The position numbers were made by a program, and so were the translations under genes. Below, piece after piece: positions 9,541 through 19,841 of a DNA stretch of 64,000 nt (position 1 is the first letter of the stretch; every line of letters starts with the position of its first letter). Source of the DNA: an uncultured Nitrospiraceae bacterium (GTDB lineage: Bacteria; Nitrospirota; Thermodesulfovibrionia; Thermodesulfovibrionales; Dissulfurispiraceae); NCBI GenBank assembly GCA_963727805.1, contig CAVSHF010000003.1:1024001-1088000 (forward strand), written 5' to 3'. The notes under the pieces are model-generated. The model saw only the letters and a list, made by a program, of their open reading frames with translations, had not been told where the DNA came from and searched no databases.

Positions 9541-10491
9541 ATGAAAATCATCGACGTCCATACTCACGGTATCGGCGGTTACGATACGAGGACAACCGAT
9601 ATCGAACATATCCTGAAGATCGCGGAAATCCACGGTTCATATGGCGTTACCGAAATTGTTCCTACGGTCTATCCCGCGACTACCAGGGTAATGCGAGACA
9701 ATCTGGCATTGATAAAAAAAGCTATGGAAGCGCAGGCTTCTGAGCCCGTCCTCAAGCCGGAATTCTACAATCTAAAATATGGTGCTGCCGAAAACCGTAA
9801 CCCGGCACGGATTATCGGTGTGCATCTCGAAGGGCCATTTTTAAACCCATTGAAATGCGGCAGCCTCAATGCAATAACCTTTATTGATCCGACAGATTAC
9901 AATCTTGGGCAGTTGATCGAAGGATTTGAGGACATGATCAGGATCATCACGATCTCACCCGAACTCGACGGCTCACTAAATCTCATAAAGAGGATTTCAG
10001 CCAGGGGAATCATTGCGAGCATGGGCCATTCCAATGCGACATATTCCGAGGCCCAAGCCGCTCATAAAGCAGGGGCAAAAGGTATAACACATTTGTTTAA
10101 TGCTATGCGTCCATACCACCACAGGGAACCGGGCATCGCCGGATACGGTCTTTTAGACCCGGATGTCTATATCGAGGTAATCGCAGACCCATTCCATCTG
10201 CATCCAGGGACTCTCGAACTGATCTTCAGGGTCAAGAACCCGTCTCGGATTATCATCGTCTCAGACTCTATCAAGGCAGCGAAAGTCCCGGCAACATCGG
10301 TTTCTACCCGGGAAGGATTAGCGGATATGCATGGTAGGCTGCTCGGCGGTTCTATGGTCATCACCGAAGCAGCAGATGCCCTGGCAGAAACCCTGCGTCA
10401 TGCGATGCCTGATGCATATTACAAATCCGTCATGCTCGCTTGTATCAGCTCAAACCCCGAGAAGTATCTTTCAACATCCTCCCCAGCATAA
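9541..10491 (+). CDS. nagA: N-acetylglucosamine-6-phosphate deacetylase
   Basis: DVHTHG, GVHLEGPF, GHSNAT, THLFNAM motifs. Confidence 0.9.
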   Translation: MKIIDVHTHGIGGYDTRTTDIEHILKIAEIHGSYGVTEIVPTVYPATTRVMRDNLALIKKAMEAQASEPVLKPEFYNLKYGAAENRNPARIIGVHLEGPFLNPLKCGSLNAITFIDPTDYNLGQLIEGFEDMIRIITISPELDGSLNLIKRISARGIIASMGHSNATYSEAQAAHKAGAKGITHLFNAMRPYHHREPGIAGYGLLDPDVYIEVIADPFHLHPGTLELIFRVKNPSRIIIVSDSIKAAKVPATSVSTREGLADMHGRLLGGSMVITEAADALAETLRHAMPDAYYKSVMLACISSNPEKYLSTSSPA

Positions 10492-10599
10492 ATGCAAGGA
10501 TTGATCACTCAAGCCGCGAGTCGAGCCCTTAGTTTCTGCTATTCCCAGTCCAGACTTGGAGTGTTACGGAGACTCCCCTTCCCAATAGTGATAGACCCG

Positions 10600-10854
10600 T
10601 TACTGCAGGCCGAGGTCTTTTGCCGCTGCACGCAAAAGAGGCTCGTTCACCTGTATATTTGACATTAGCGGGCTCTTCGCGTGTTTTGCTGCGCGTATCA
10701 GCTCGTTGGTGGATGAAAATTTACCCCTGAGATCGGGGGCGTTGCGACCATTATGGCATGGAATGCAGGCCTCATATGTACTGGCATCGACAGTCGAAAA
10801 ACATCCCGCAGCTATTATCAAACCCGCTGCCAGCAATATAGTAGAACCCCTCAT
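10600..10854 (-). CDS. Small periplasmic monoheme c-type cytochrome
   Basis: Signal peptide, CIPCH (CxxCH), distal Met in SPLM, AGGAG RBS. Confidence 0.7.
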   Translation of the reverse strand: MRGSTILLAAGLIIAAGCFSTVDASTYEACIPCHNGRNAPDLRGKFSSTNELIRAAKHAKSPLMSNIQVNEPLLRAAAKDLGLQ

Positions 10855-10972
10855 AGTTGTATCTCCTTTTATTTAATCAGCTATTGTTTTATTATAGTAC
10901 ATAATCATTATTCCACAAAGAGAGGCCTTCAGGTGAAAGTTTCCATACAGAGATCGAAATCAAGGAAATGAT

Positions 10973-12292
10973 ATGCTAATGCTCCTGCAACTCTTTTCCG
11001 ATTTCGCAAAGGGGAACGGCATTCCCATTGATGCGTTTCTAGTCGGCGGTGCGGTCAGGGACATACTTTTGGGCCGTGAGATAAAAGATGTTGATGTCGC
11101 CGTTAGCGGCAATGCGATAGATATCGGCAGGTCCTTTGCTGCTGTTGCCGGTGGCTCCTTCGTTCTCCTCGACAAAGATTTCGGCATCGTCCGGATCGTT
11201 AAAGACCATGCATACATCGATCTCTGCGCGATGCGCGGAGCATCGATCGAAGATGACCTCTCCGATCGGGACCTCACCGTAAACGCAATGGCGATCCCGC
11301 TGTCGGAAATATCGGAAATAAAAGAAATGGGCATATCCCGATCTACCCTTACAGACATTGTCATTGATCCCTTCGACGGATGGCGCGACCTGAAATACAG
11401 CATCATCAGGATGGTTTCTGAGGAAAACCTTATCAACGACCCCTTGAGACTCCTCAGGGTACATCGTTTTTCGGCAACCCTCAACTTCACGATAGAGGTC
11501 CATACCTCTACGGCTGTGAAAACCCATGCAGCCCTGATCACGAATGCGGCTGTAGAGCGCATAGCCGAGGAGTTGAGATGTATTCTTATGGTTGATGACT
11601 CTTATTCTGCAATCAAGGAGATGGAAAAAAACGGTCTCCTCTATCATCTATTCTCCGAATTGACGGAATTCTCGCCGGAGTCGTGGCATCACGTCCGCCA
11701 GTCATACGGTTATATGGAACATATCCTGAGGAACCTGCCACTCTATTTCCCCGGCAAGAACTCGCCGATCTGGGACTATTTCGCTGAAGGACACAGGACA
11801 TTCTGCCTCAAGTTGGCGGTGCTTCTTCAGGATGGAGAAAGAGCAGAGCAAGTTACCCAAAGACTCAAACTGTCATGGACGGAAATTAAATTCGTCCGCA
11901 TGATATTATCCAATAGCAAGGTTGTCACCGCGTTAAACACCGACAACAAATCCGTTATCATCGGACTGCTGCGTGAATTCGGAGACAATCTCTATGCGTT
12001 GCTTATCTACAACCTCGCCTCTGACCGTGTATGCCAGCTGTCCGGGAGCCCGCTTGTATCCCTCGTCAGACAGATTATCTCAATATACCAAGATGAATTC
12101 ATTCCTAGAAATAAAAAGCTTCCGTTCATTGATGGAAACGACTTAATTGAACAATTCAGGCTTTCGCCTTCTCCCTTCTTCAAGGATCTACTTGCCGCCA
12201 TTGAGTTGCTCGCACTCGAAGGACACGTGAACTCCCGAGAAGAGGCGCTGAGGGCAGCTGGGAAGATAATCAAGGAAAAATTCCTGAACTGA
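10973..12292 (+). CDS. CCA-adding/poly(A) polymerase family nucleotidyltransferase
   Basis: LVGGAVRD, DVD, DLSDRDLTVNAMA, DPLRLLR, ERIAEE. Confidence 0.88.
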   Translation: MLMLLQLFSDFAKGNGIPIDAFLVGGAVRDILLGREIKDVDVAVSGNAIDIGRSFAAVAGGSFVLLDKDFGIVRIVKDHAYIDLCAMRGASIEDDLSDRDLTVNAMAIPLSEISEIKEMGISRSTLTDIVIDPFDGWRDLKYSIIRMVSEENLINDPLRLLRVHRFSATLNFTIEVHTSTAVKTHAALITNAAVERIAEELRCILMVDDSYSAIKEMEKNGLLYHLFSELTEFSPESWHHVRQSYGYMEHILRNLPLYFPGKNSPIWDYFAEGHRTFCLKLAVLLQDGERAEQVTQRLKLSWTEIKFVRMILSNSKVVTALNTDNKSVIIGLLREFGDNLYALLIYNLASDRVCQLSGSPLVSLVRQIISIYQDEFIPRNKKLPFIDGNDLIEQFRLSPSPFFKDLLAAIELLALEGHVNSREEALRAAGKIIKEKFLN

Positions 12293-12513
12293 TCGACGTG
12301 TGTGCATCAATCGAATGTTTTTGCAATCATAGGCAGTGCGGTCCCGATTTTGTGGTCTTTTCAAGACCCAACGCTCTTTTCCTTAGCGGTTTTGGAGGCC
12401 GGTGCTACCTCACGATTTATTTTCCCTGAAGTGGCTGACCGGACAAGTCAGATTCCTCCCCAATATCGCATCGCCTGAATGTCAGCGGAGCTGGTTGTTA
12501 TCGAGTCTCTTTC

Positions 12514-13014
12514 TCAGCTGTTCGACGATCGACCGCAGCATTTCTTGTATTTTTTCCCGCTGCCGCATACGCATGGGTCATTGCGCCCGATTTTGGGAGT
12601 AGAGCGGATGACCTGTTTGGGTGACACGGGTTCCCCGCTCACAAAGTACCATGATTCAGCCTCTTTTTTAAAGGTAGCCATTTCGTGGTGTTCTTTTTTG
12701 ATGCCGTTCTCGGTATACGACGCGATAAATTCGACCTGTTCTTCTCTTTCTTCAGGTCCGCCACCCGCTGTTTCCAGAATCTCGAGCTTATGCCAGTCAG
12801 CACTAGCCGCCCAGGTACGCGTACTTTTTTCGTCATAGTCCGACCGGTAATCAGGATGAAGGGATGTGAAGATATACTCGATTTCCTTCTTCACATAGGC
12901 ACTATACCGCGCCCTCATGACTTGCTCAGCAGTCGTAGCCGCTCTCTCTCCCTTTATCAAAGGCAAACAGCACTCATCATAGGCGACATCTGATCCACAC
13001 GGACATGTATTCAT
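12514..13014 (-). CDS. YchJ family SEC-C motif protein
   Basis: N-terminal [16 protein letters not shown]-terminal [18 protein letters not shown]. Confidence 0.92.
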   Translation of the reverse strand: MNTCPCGSDVAYDECCLPLIKGERAATTAEQVMRARYSAYVKKEIEYIFTSLHPDYRSDYDEKSTRTWAASADWHKLEILETAGGGPEEREEQVEFIASYTENGIKKEHHEMATFKKEAESWYFVSGEPVSPKQVIRSTPKIGRNDPCVCGSGKKYKKCCGRSSNS

Positions 13015-13039
13015 TCATTATCTCCTTGTCATGGGACAG

Positions 13040-13207
13040 TTACATTCCCTCTTGCATCGCTGATATTTCGCCTTCTTCAAACATAGCCATATTGATACAT
13101 TCTTTGATCGCCTCTTCGATACTATTGATGTTTTCAAATTTTTTCATGTCAACAATTCTCTGCAAATAAAGCATCTGATTCTCGGAAAGATCAATGGATA
13201 CTTGCAT
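13040..13207 (-). CDS. Small hypothetical protein, 55 aa, possibly ribbon-helix-helix-like
   Basis: Manual translation MQVSIDLSENQMLYLQRIVDMKKFENINSIEEAIKECINMAMFEEGEISAMQEGM; GAGGGG RBS; fills the gap between co-oriented genes. Confidence 0.65.
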   Translation of the reverse strand: MQVSIDLSENQMLYLQRIVDMKKFENINSIEEAIKECINMAMFEEGEISAMQEGM

Positions 13208-13260
13208 ATTTCACCCCTCGGGAAAGATTTTCAGATTACGGTACTCCATCCCATCACCCT

Positions 13261-13953
13261 TCATGCAGAAGCCCTGCTTTCCCATGCTAAGGCCCTTTCG
13301 TATTCCCCAAAAAGCAGTTCTCTTCTCTTGAATTCACGCGAATGGAGTCTCCGCCTTTCTCCTTGCCGAGATATGCCGATAGCAGCATGGAGCATTTCAT
13401 GATAGACAACAAAAGCAATAAAATACCGCGGAACGCTTTTCTTATCGAGCACAGGGTTTATCCTGATGAGATCAGACCTTCCGCTGTAGCTGCCCAGAGT
13501 CCTCTTTCGAACAGAGTAGCGCGAACTTTTTGCCCCCCATGTAATCATGGCTTTAATCATGCCACCGAAGTATTGCTCGTTAATCTCATCGAACAACTCA
13601 CGGAGGTCGTAGAATCTGCCCCGGGTCTTCACAGAGACCTTTTTTGGCGGCCTTTTGTTCAGCAGCTCTCGATTGTTACGAACAAAACAGCGAAAATGGG
13701 TCATATCACCCTTTCTGTTTTTCAGGAAAACTATGATTTCACCAATAACATGATTATCCGCGTTGAGAAACATCCGGTGAAGGCGAACATGCATAATGCC
13801 GTCCCTCACCCTCGCCGATAGCATGCTTGTCGAATTTTCGGTGAGCACAAGCGAAACGGCACTGCCGAGGCTTTTTTCAATATAGCATCTGAGAGAATTC
13901 CCGGTATGGATAAAGGCAAGCGGCAGTTGATCGTCAATAAATTCCTTCCTCAT
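13261..13953 (-). CDS. SprT-like zinc metalloprotease
   Basis: YHEMLH (HExxH), TLGSY, IRINPVLD, HSREF. Confidence 0.82.
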   Translation of the reverse strand: MRKEFIDDQLPLAFIHTGNSLRCYIEKSLGSAVSLVLTENSTSMLSARVRDGIMHVRLHRMFLNADNHVIGEIIVFLKNRKGDMTHFRCFVRNNRELLNKRPPKKVSVKTRGRFYDLRELFDEINEQYFGGMIKAMITWGAKSSRYSVRKRTLGSYSGRSDLIRINPVLDKKSVPRYFIAFVVYHEMLHAAIGISRQGERRRLHSREFKRRELLFGEYERALAWESRASA

Positions 13954-14009
13954 ACTATCAATAACTATACCACAGCTTCACTCTCTCGGTGATGTGATAA
14001 TATAAACAT

Positions 14010-14702
14010 ATGGAGAGTGGAAAGATCCTCATCATAGAGGACGAACAGAAGATAGCCGATATCGTCAAATCATATCTTCAGCGCGAGGGCTACAACGTGA
14101 CAGCAGTTGCAACCGGTGAAGCCGCCCTCAAGGAGATCGGGAGCGCATTTGACCTCGTCATCCTGGACCTCAGATTACCGGATATCGACGGAGAGACTGT
14201 CTGCAAGGCCATCCGGGAGGTGTCCGACATTCCAGTCATCATGCTTACCGCAAAAAGCGCCGAGGACGACAGGGTAAAGGGCCTGAGTATGGGGGCCGAC
14301 GATTATGTAGTAAAACCGTTCAGCGTCAGGGAACTCGTGGCGCGGGTAAAGGCCCACCTCAGACGCTCAAAAAAAGACGAAAAAAGAGAGCTTTCCTTTA
14401 ATAGAGGGGTTCTGGTTATCGATACGCTTTCGCGGGAGGTCAAAAAAAAGGATCACGTGGTTGCCCTGACGAGCACGGAGTTCAGAATACTTCTCAGCCT
14501 TGCCGAAAGGCCGAATATTGTATTCGCCCGTCTTCATTTAATCAACATCGTACAGGGCTATGATTTCGAAGGGTTCGACCGTGTTGTGGATGCACATATC
14601 AAGAACATCAGGCACAAGATCGAGGACGATCCCCAAAAGCCCACTTTCATAAAAACTGTCTACGGCATGGGATACAAGTTTATAGGTGAGCCGGACAAAT
14701 GA
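14010..14702 (+). CDS. OmpR-family response regulator
   Basis: REC domain plus winged helix (IKTVYGMGYKF). Confidence 0.95.
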   Translation: MESGKILIIEDEQKIADIVKSYLQREGYNVTAVATGEAALKEIGSAFDLVILDLRLPDIDGETVCKAIREVSDIPVIMLTAKSAEDDRVKGLSMGADDYVVKPFSVRELVARVKAHLRRSKKDEKRELSFNRGVLVIDTLSREVKKKDHVVALTSTEFRILLSLAERPNIVFARLHLINIVQGYDFEGFDRVVDAHIKNIRHKIEDDPQKPTFIKTVYGMGYKFIGEPDK

Positions 14703-16054
14703 GAACGAAGTTATTTCTCGCTTTTATAGTAATAATACTCGCCGCCCTGTTATCGACGATTGTCTTTGAAGTTAAGATTCTCAAAGACTTCGATAATTAT
14801 GTCAGCGGCATACGAGATGATCAAATTCACTGGATAATGGTTTCGATAGAGGGCGCCTATGATGACGGCTCCTGGGACAGTCAGGTACTGTCTGAATCCA
14901 TACATTGGGCTATGATGCTCGGTCTAGACATCAAGATTCTGGATGTGCAAGGAAAGGAAGTTGTCCCTTCACATCATTACATCGAGTCCCTCTCTCCCAG
15001 CATGAAACATCGCATGGAAGAACTTTTTCATATTCACACCGCTACTAATCACAATTATGCAGAGTTCCCGATCTATGCTAAAAGCGAAAATATCGGCACG
15101 CTTATGGCACGATCTTTTCAGAAAAAGGATCTCGCGGAAAAGGAAGCGATATTCAAAGACCGGGTCAGGCATTTTCTGTATATTTACTTACTCATAGCCG
15201 GTGCAGGAACTATTCTGATCGGACTTTTGCTCATCCAATACCTTTCCAAACCGGTGATGTCACTGAAAAAAGCTTCTGAGAAAATAGCCGGTGGCGACTT
15301 TTCAGTAAGGATCTATTCTGAATCATCAGATGAAGTCGGTGATCTTGCAAGAACCTTCAATAAAATGGCGGAATCGCTTCAGAAGGAAGAGGAATTGAGA
15401 AAACATCTTATGTCGAATGTCGCTCATGAACTGAGAACACCCCTGGCCATAATGAAGACCCATGTTGAGGCAATGGAAGATGGAATAGTGATAGATACAC
15501 GGAAGGGCCTCGAGAATATCGAAGTCGAGATCGAAAGGCTTATAGCCCTCGTTAAGGGCATTGAGGATATCACCGCGGCCGAGGCGAGCTTCTTCGTAAA
15601 AGGAGAAGCTGCGCAGATCGACCTAAAGGAGTTCATCTCCGGACTGGTCGAGGATCTGGCTCCCTCATTTCAAAATCGGGGACTTTATGTCAAAATTGTA
15701 AATGCTACCAATCTTATCGTCACCATAGATGTAGAGAAGCTCGAAAGGGTCCTCATTAATATCCTTTCAAACGCCTTGAAGTTCACAGACAATGGCGGAG
15801 TTTCGATCGACTATGGCATTACAGGGAGCAGGTTTTTTATCGAAGTAAGAGACACTGGCAGGGGGATCCCGGAAAGTGACTTACCGCTCATTTTGAATCG
15901 CTTTTACCGCTCTGAACAATCCGGCGTCGAAGGACTGGGACTCGGCCTCGCCATCGCAAAAGAGCTCGTTGATGTCATGGGCGGGGAGATCACTGTTAAA
16001 AGCATAGTCGGAGCTGGATCACGTTTCAGGGTATCAATGCCGTTTGCGGTATAA
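14699..16054 (+). CDS. HAMP sensor histidine kinase (BaeS-like)
   Basis: Two TM segments, HAMP, AHELRTPL, N/G boxes; ATGA overlap with the regulator. Confidence 0.95.
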   Translation: MRTKLFLAFIVIILAALLSTIVFEVKILKDFDNYVSGIRDDQIHWIMVSIEGAYDDGSWDSQVLSESIHWAMMLGLDIKILDVQGKEVVPSHHYIESLSPSMKHRMEELFHIHTATNHNYAEFPIYAKSENIGTLMARSFQKKDLAEKEAIFKDRVRHFLYIYLLIAGAGTILIGLLLIQYLSKPVMSLKKASEKIAGGDFSVRIYSESSDEVGDLARTFNKMAESLQKEEELRKHLMSNVAHELRTPLAIMKTHVEAMEDGIVIDTRKGLENIEVEIERLIALVKGIEDITAAEASFFVKGEAAQIDLKEFISGLVEDLAPSFQNRGLYVKIVNATNLIVTIDVEKLERVLINILSNALKFTDNGGVSIDYGITGSRFFIEVRDTGRGIPESDLPLILNRFYRSEQSGVEGLGLGLAIAKELVDVMGGEITVKSIVGAGSRFRVSMPFAV

Positions 16055-16089
16055 TATTGAGAAATCTTTTTTGGAAGGAGTGAACTACG

Positions 16090-16626
16090 ATTAATACGCT
16101 CGACATCATCATCCTTGTAATCATGGGCCTGGCAACCGCATTCGGCATATGGAGAGGTATGGTCAGCCAGATATTCAGTATTGTCGGCATCGTCGGCGGA
16201 TATTTCGCCGCAGTTCACTATTATGCCCCCCTCGCTACTCACCTCACCTTTATAGATGCTGGCGTTGCAAAAATTCTGAGCTTCATTCTTATTATCATCA
16301 TCTGTATCATTGCCGCAATGGTGATCGCCTGGCTCGTAGGCAAGGTCTTTAAATTGCCCGGTCTCGGTATCCTCAATAGCCTTGGTGGAGGCGTTGTCGG
16401 TTTTATAAAGGGTTTTCTGATAGTTGCGTTATTGGTCATCTTACTGCTCGCTATACTCTCGCATGACAGCCTTCTGCTTGAGAAATCAATTACTCTTCCC
16501 TACGTACTGAAGGGTATCAAGATCGTCGACAGCATGGTCCCGCAGGACCTCAAAAACCAGTATCATAAAAAGATCGAAAACCTTAAAAACCGGGTACTCA
16601 AGGAAGAGCTGGAGCGGAAAAAGTGA
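16090..16626 (+). CDS. cvpA: CvpA family membrane protein (probable ATT start at 16090; first ATG at 16123)
   Basis: (I)NTLDIIIL..GIWRGMVSQIFS..LNSLGGGVVGFIKG pattern. Confidence 0.85.
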   Translation: MNTLDIIILVIMGLATAFGIWRGMVSQIFSIVGIVGGYFAAVHYYAPLATHLTFIDAGVAKILSFILIIIICIIAAMVIAWLVGKVFKLPGLGILNSLGGGVVGFIKGFLIVALLVILLLAILSHDSLLLEKSITLPYVLKGIKIVDSMVPQDLKNQYHKKIENLKNRVLKEELERKK

Positions 16627-17408
16627 AAGCCGCCCTCATCCAGCTGAACATTGTATGGGAAGACAGGCAGCGGAATTACGAAAAAGCCGAGTCCTTTGCG
16701 AAAATGGCTGCCGGAGACAGTTGTGATCTTATTGTGTTACCCGAGATGTTCAATACAGGCTTCTCGATGGATCTTGCCACTACCCCTGATGAGGGCATCG
16801 GCGCGACCACATCAGCACTTTCTGAAATAGCGCGAAAAAACAACATCAACCTGATAGCGGGATTCCCGATCAAGGCGCCGGGTGAAGATAAGGGGCGCAA
16901 TATGGCGGTCGCATATGACAGGAAAGGCATGCTCATGGCAACCTATACCAAGATGCATCCCTTTTGCCTCGCTGATGAACAGAAGTATTATATCGCTGGA
17001 GACAATGTGACCACATTCGATATCGACGGCGTCCCGTCGAGTATCTTCATCTGTTATGATCTTAGGTTCCCGGAGGTCTTCAGGAAGGTTGCCAAACGAG
17101 TCCAGGCGATCTTCGTAATAGCAAATTGGCCTTCTGAGCGAGTTGAACACTGGAATGCCCTTTTGAAGGCGCGCGCCATCGAGAACCAGTGCTTTTTGAT
17201 AGGTGTCAACAGGACCGGCATAGACGGCAATGGCATCTGCTATTCTGGATCATCCTGCATTATCGATCCGATGGGTAGTTTCATCTGTTCAGGCGGTGAG
17301 AGCGATGAGTACATTGTCTGCGTTTTCGATCCCGGTCGAGTCAATGAAGTAAGGTCAAAATTCCCTTTTTTGAAAGACATGAGACTTGATGATGATAAAG
17401 AAGACTGA
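16623..17408 (+). CDS. Carbon-nitrogen hydrolase (nitrilase/omega-amidase family)
   Basis: LPEMF, YTKMHPF, ICYDLRFPE (E-K-C triad). Confidence 0.92.
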   Translation: MKAALIQLNIVWEDRQRNYEKAESFAKMAAGDSCDLIVLPEMFNTGFSMDLATTPDEGIGATTSALSEIARKNNINLIAGFPIKAPGEDKGRNMAVAYDRKGMLMATYTKMHPFCLADEQKYYIAGDNVTTFDIDGVPSSIFICYDLRFPEVFRKVAKRVQAIFVIANWPSERVEHWNALLKARAIENQCFLIGVNRTGIDGNGICYSGSSCIIDPMGSFICSGGESDEYIVCVFDPGRVNEVRSKFPFLKDMRLDDDKED

Positions 17409-17754
17409 ATACGACGCGATACAGCCTTATATAACCAAGGATGGCTCGATTATTCGCGAACTGATGCATCCCTTCGTACATCTTAACCGCAATCAAAGCC
17501 TTGCCGAGGCCGTTGTTCCACCCGGCGCAATGACGCACCTGCATAAGCATCTGCAGAGCGAAGAAATTTATCATGTTCTTTCCGGAATTGGACTCATGAC
17601 ACTCGGGAATGAGCAATTCGAGATTAAAGCTGGTGATACGGTCTGCATAGCACCAGGCACTGTGCACAAGGTAAAAAATACCGGCGTCACCTTGTTGAAA
17701 ATTCTCTGCGCCAGTGCCCCGTCCTATTCTCACAGCGACACGGAATTGCTCTAA
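17386..17754 (+). CDS. Cupin domain protein
   Basis: TKDGSIIRELMHP, HKH..SEEIY, PGTVH. Confidence 0.88.
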   Translation: MMMIKKTEYDAIQPYITKDGSIIRELMHPFVHLNRNQSLAEAVVPPGAMTHLHKHLQSEEIYHVLSGIGLMTLGNEQFEIKAGDTVCIAPGTVHKVKNTGVTLLKILCASAPSYSHSDTELL

Positions 17755-17927
17755 ATGAATTCGGAACAATTATCTTGTACCCCGGCAGTACGATGACGAT
17801 GCTACAGCCTCTTTGCAATCCACTTTTTGTTGATATGATTAAAATTAAAATGTCCGGGGGGAAATAGTTATATCACTTTCGCGTTCTCGAATGCATCGTG
17901 ATCATTTTATTTCAACGAGGAGGGATT

Positions 17928-18401
17928 GTGAAACGTATAGCTTCTTTCATGATCATATTTATCTTACTGACTGTAGGCGCCTTTGCCGGGGAAAGGAAGC
18001 CCGTCAAGCCAGCAACAAGAGACAGATGCCCTGTCTGCGGGATGTTCGTTGCCAAGTACCCCGATTCCATGGCCCAGATATTATATAAAGACGGATCTGA
18101 TGCGTTCTTCGATGGACCCAAGGACATGTTGAAGTATTACTTCAATTTCGAAAAATATGCGCAGGGTAAGGAAGCGACAGACATCGATTCCCTATATGTG
18201 ACGGACTATTACAGCCTAGCGCCTATCGACGGATTCAATGCGGTTTATGTACTCGGAAGCGATGTCTTCGGACCGATGGGCAGGGAGCTCATTCCCTTTG
18301 AGAAACTTTCGGATGCCGAGGAATTTAAAAAGGACCACAAGGGCACCTCAATCCTTAAATTTAGGGATATTACAATCACTATTGTTAAAGGGCTCGATTG
18401 A
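17928..18401 (+). CDS. NosL-family metal-binding protein
   Basis: CPVCGM, FFDGPKDM, GSDVFGPMG; signal peptide; GTG start after GAGGAGG. Confidence 0.88.
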   Translation: MKRIASFMIIFILLTVGAFAGERKPVKPATRDRCPVCGMFVAKYPDSMAQILYKDGSDAFFDGPKDMLKYYFNFEKYAQGKEATDIDSLYVTDYYSLAPIDGFNAVYVLGSDVFGPMGRELIPFEKLSDAEEFKKDHKGTSILKFRDITITIVKGLD

Positions 18402-18700
18402 TGTTCACAAGAAAATCTGATTTCTTCTTCCTCTTCATAGCAGTCAATTTGTGTGCGCTCCTTCTCTTTTTTCTGCATGCCATTTTTATGCATGGAAATT
18501 TGCAGACTTCTCTCAGGGAGAAAGGCGACATGATAGAGAGACTTGGGCTCACCGATCTCTGCCTATTTACCGATGCCAGGTACACAAGGCATCCATCCAT
18601 GGCTGATCTGAATACCCCATTTCAGGACCACCCAACAGCTCTTGAGCACTTTCCTTCAGGGACGCTTGTAGGACCGCCGCTGCATCTCAGGACTAAATGA
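18398..18700 (+). CDS. Conserved hypothetical membrane-anchored protein
   Basis: Overlaps both neighbours; one TM segment; LTDLCLFTDARYTRHPS. Confidence 0.75.
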   Translation: MMFTRKSDFFFLFIAVNLCALLLFFLHAIFMHGNLQTSLREKGDMIERLGLTDLCLFTDARYTRHPSMADLNTPFQDHPTALEHFPSGTLVGPPLHLRTK

Positions 18701-19830
18701 GCCGTCTCAATAGACAGCGGAACATTATCGATTTTACGCTTTCTTCACTTTTGAGAAGAAAGAGGAAAAACACTGCACTAGCCCTGGTATACACGCTCGT
18801 CGTCTTCGGTCTTGCTTCAGTCCTTTTTTCTACCCAGGCGCTCAAACGTGAGGCTTGCAGCGTTTTGCAAAAAAGCCCTGAGGTCATCATCCAGCGACTT
18901 GTCGCAGGAAGACAAGATCTGATACCCGCATCATATGTCGAGAAGGTAGCTAGCATCAGAGGTGTGCAGTCAGCGCAGGGACGTTTTTGGGGCTATTACT
19001 ACGACCCTACCATAGGGGCCAATTACACCCTGATGGTCCATGACAGGCCCGCTCATCAAGAGGGAACGATTGTCGTCGGGAAGGGAGTCGCACGGACTCT
19101 GCATGCGGAAAAAGGTGATCTCTTACCCTTCAGGACGTACGACGGGTCCTTTATAAGCCTCGAAGTGAGTGATATTCTTTCCGCGCAGTCCGAACTCGTA
19201 TCTTCCGATCTCGTAATGCTTACGGAAAACGACTTCCGTCAGATAACCGGCGTACCCAAGGGTTCTTTCACCGACGTAGCCGTTACGGCGCGAAATGCCA
19301 AGGAGTTGGCAACAATAGCCGAAAAGATAAAGCGCCTACTTCCCGATACGAGGCCTATCATAAAGGATGATATCCTGCGGACCTATGAAACCATCTTCGA
19401 TTGGCGGGGGGGTATATTGCTTGTAATCCTCACTGGGTCGATGCTAGCCTTTGTCATCCTTGCCTGGGACAAGGCAAGCGGCCTCAGTTCCGAAGAGAGA
19501 AAAGAGATCGGTATCCTGAAGGGAATCGGATGGGAGACTTCGGATGTTATACTGATGAAATTCTGGGAGGGAGTGGTGATCTCGCTTTCGTCATTTTTAC
19601 TGGGGTGCGTCTTGGCTTATGTACACATTTTCTTTGCCTCTTCGGCGCTCTTCGAGCCGGTCCTCAAGGGGTGGTCCATCCTCTACCCACAATTCAGGCT
19701 CACGCCCTATGTAGATCCTCTGCAAATAGCGACTCTCTTCTTCCTTACCGTCATTCCCTATACGGTAGCGACGATCATTCCCTCCTGGAGGGTCGCCACA
19801 ATGGACCCTGACTCGGTCATGAGGCTCTAA
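18697..19830 (+). CDS. FtsX/LolE-like ABC permease
   Basis: EERKEIGILKGIGW motif, four TM segments. Confidence 0.88.
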   Translation: MSRLNRQRNIIDFTLSSLLRRKRKNTALALVYTLVVFGLASVLFSTQALKREACSVLQKSPEVIIQRLVAGRQDLIPASYVEKVASIRGVQSAQGRFWGYYYDPTIGANYTLMVHDRPAHQEGTIVVGKGVARTLHAEKGDLLPFRTYDGSFISLEVSDILSAQSELVSSDLVMLTENDFRQITGVPKGSFTDVAVTARNAKELATIAEKIKRLLPDTRPIIKDDILRTYETIFDWRGGILLVILTGSMLAFVILAWDKASGLSSEERKEIGILKGIGWETSDVILMKFWEGVVISLSSFLLGCVLAYVHIFFASSALFEPVLKGWSILYPQFRLTPYVDPLQIATLFFLTVIPYTVATIIPSWRVATMDPDSVMRL

Positions 19831-19841
19831 GCGGAGGCGAT

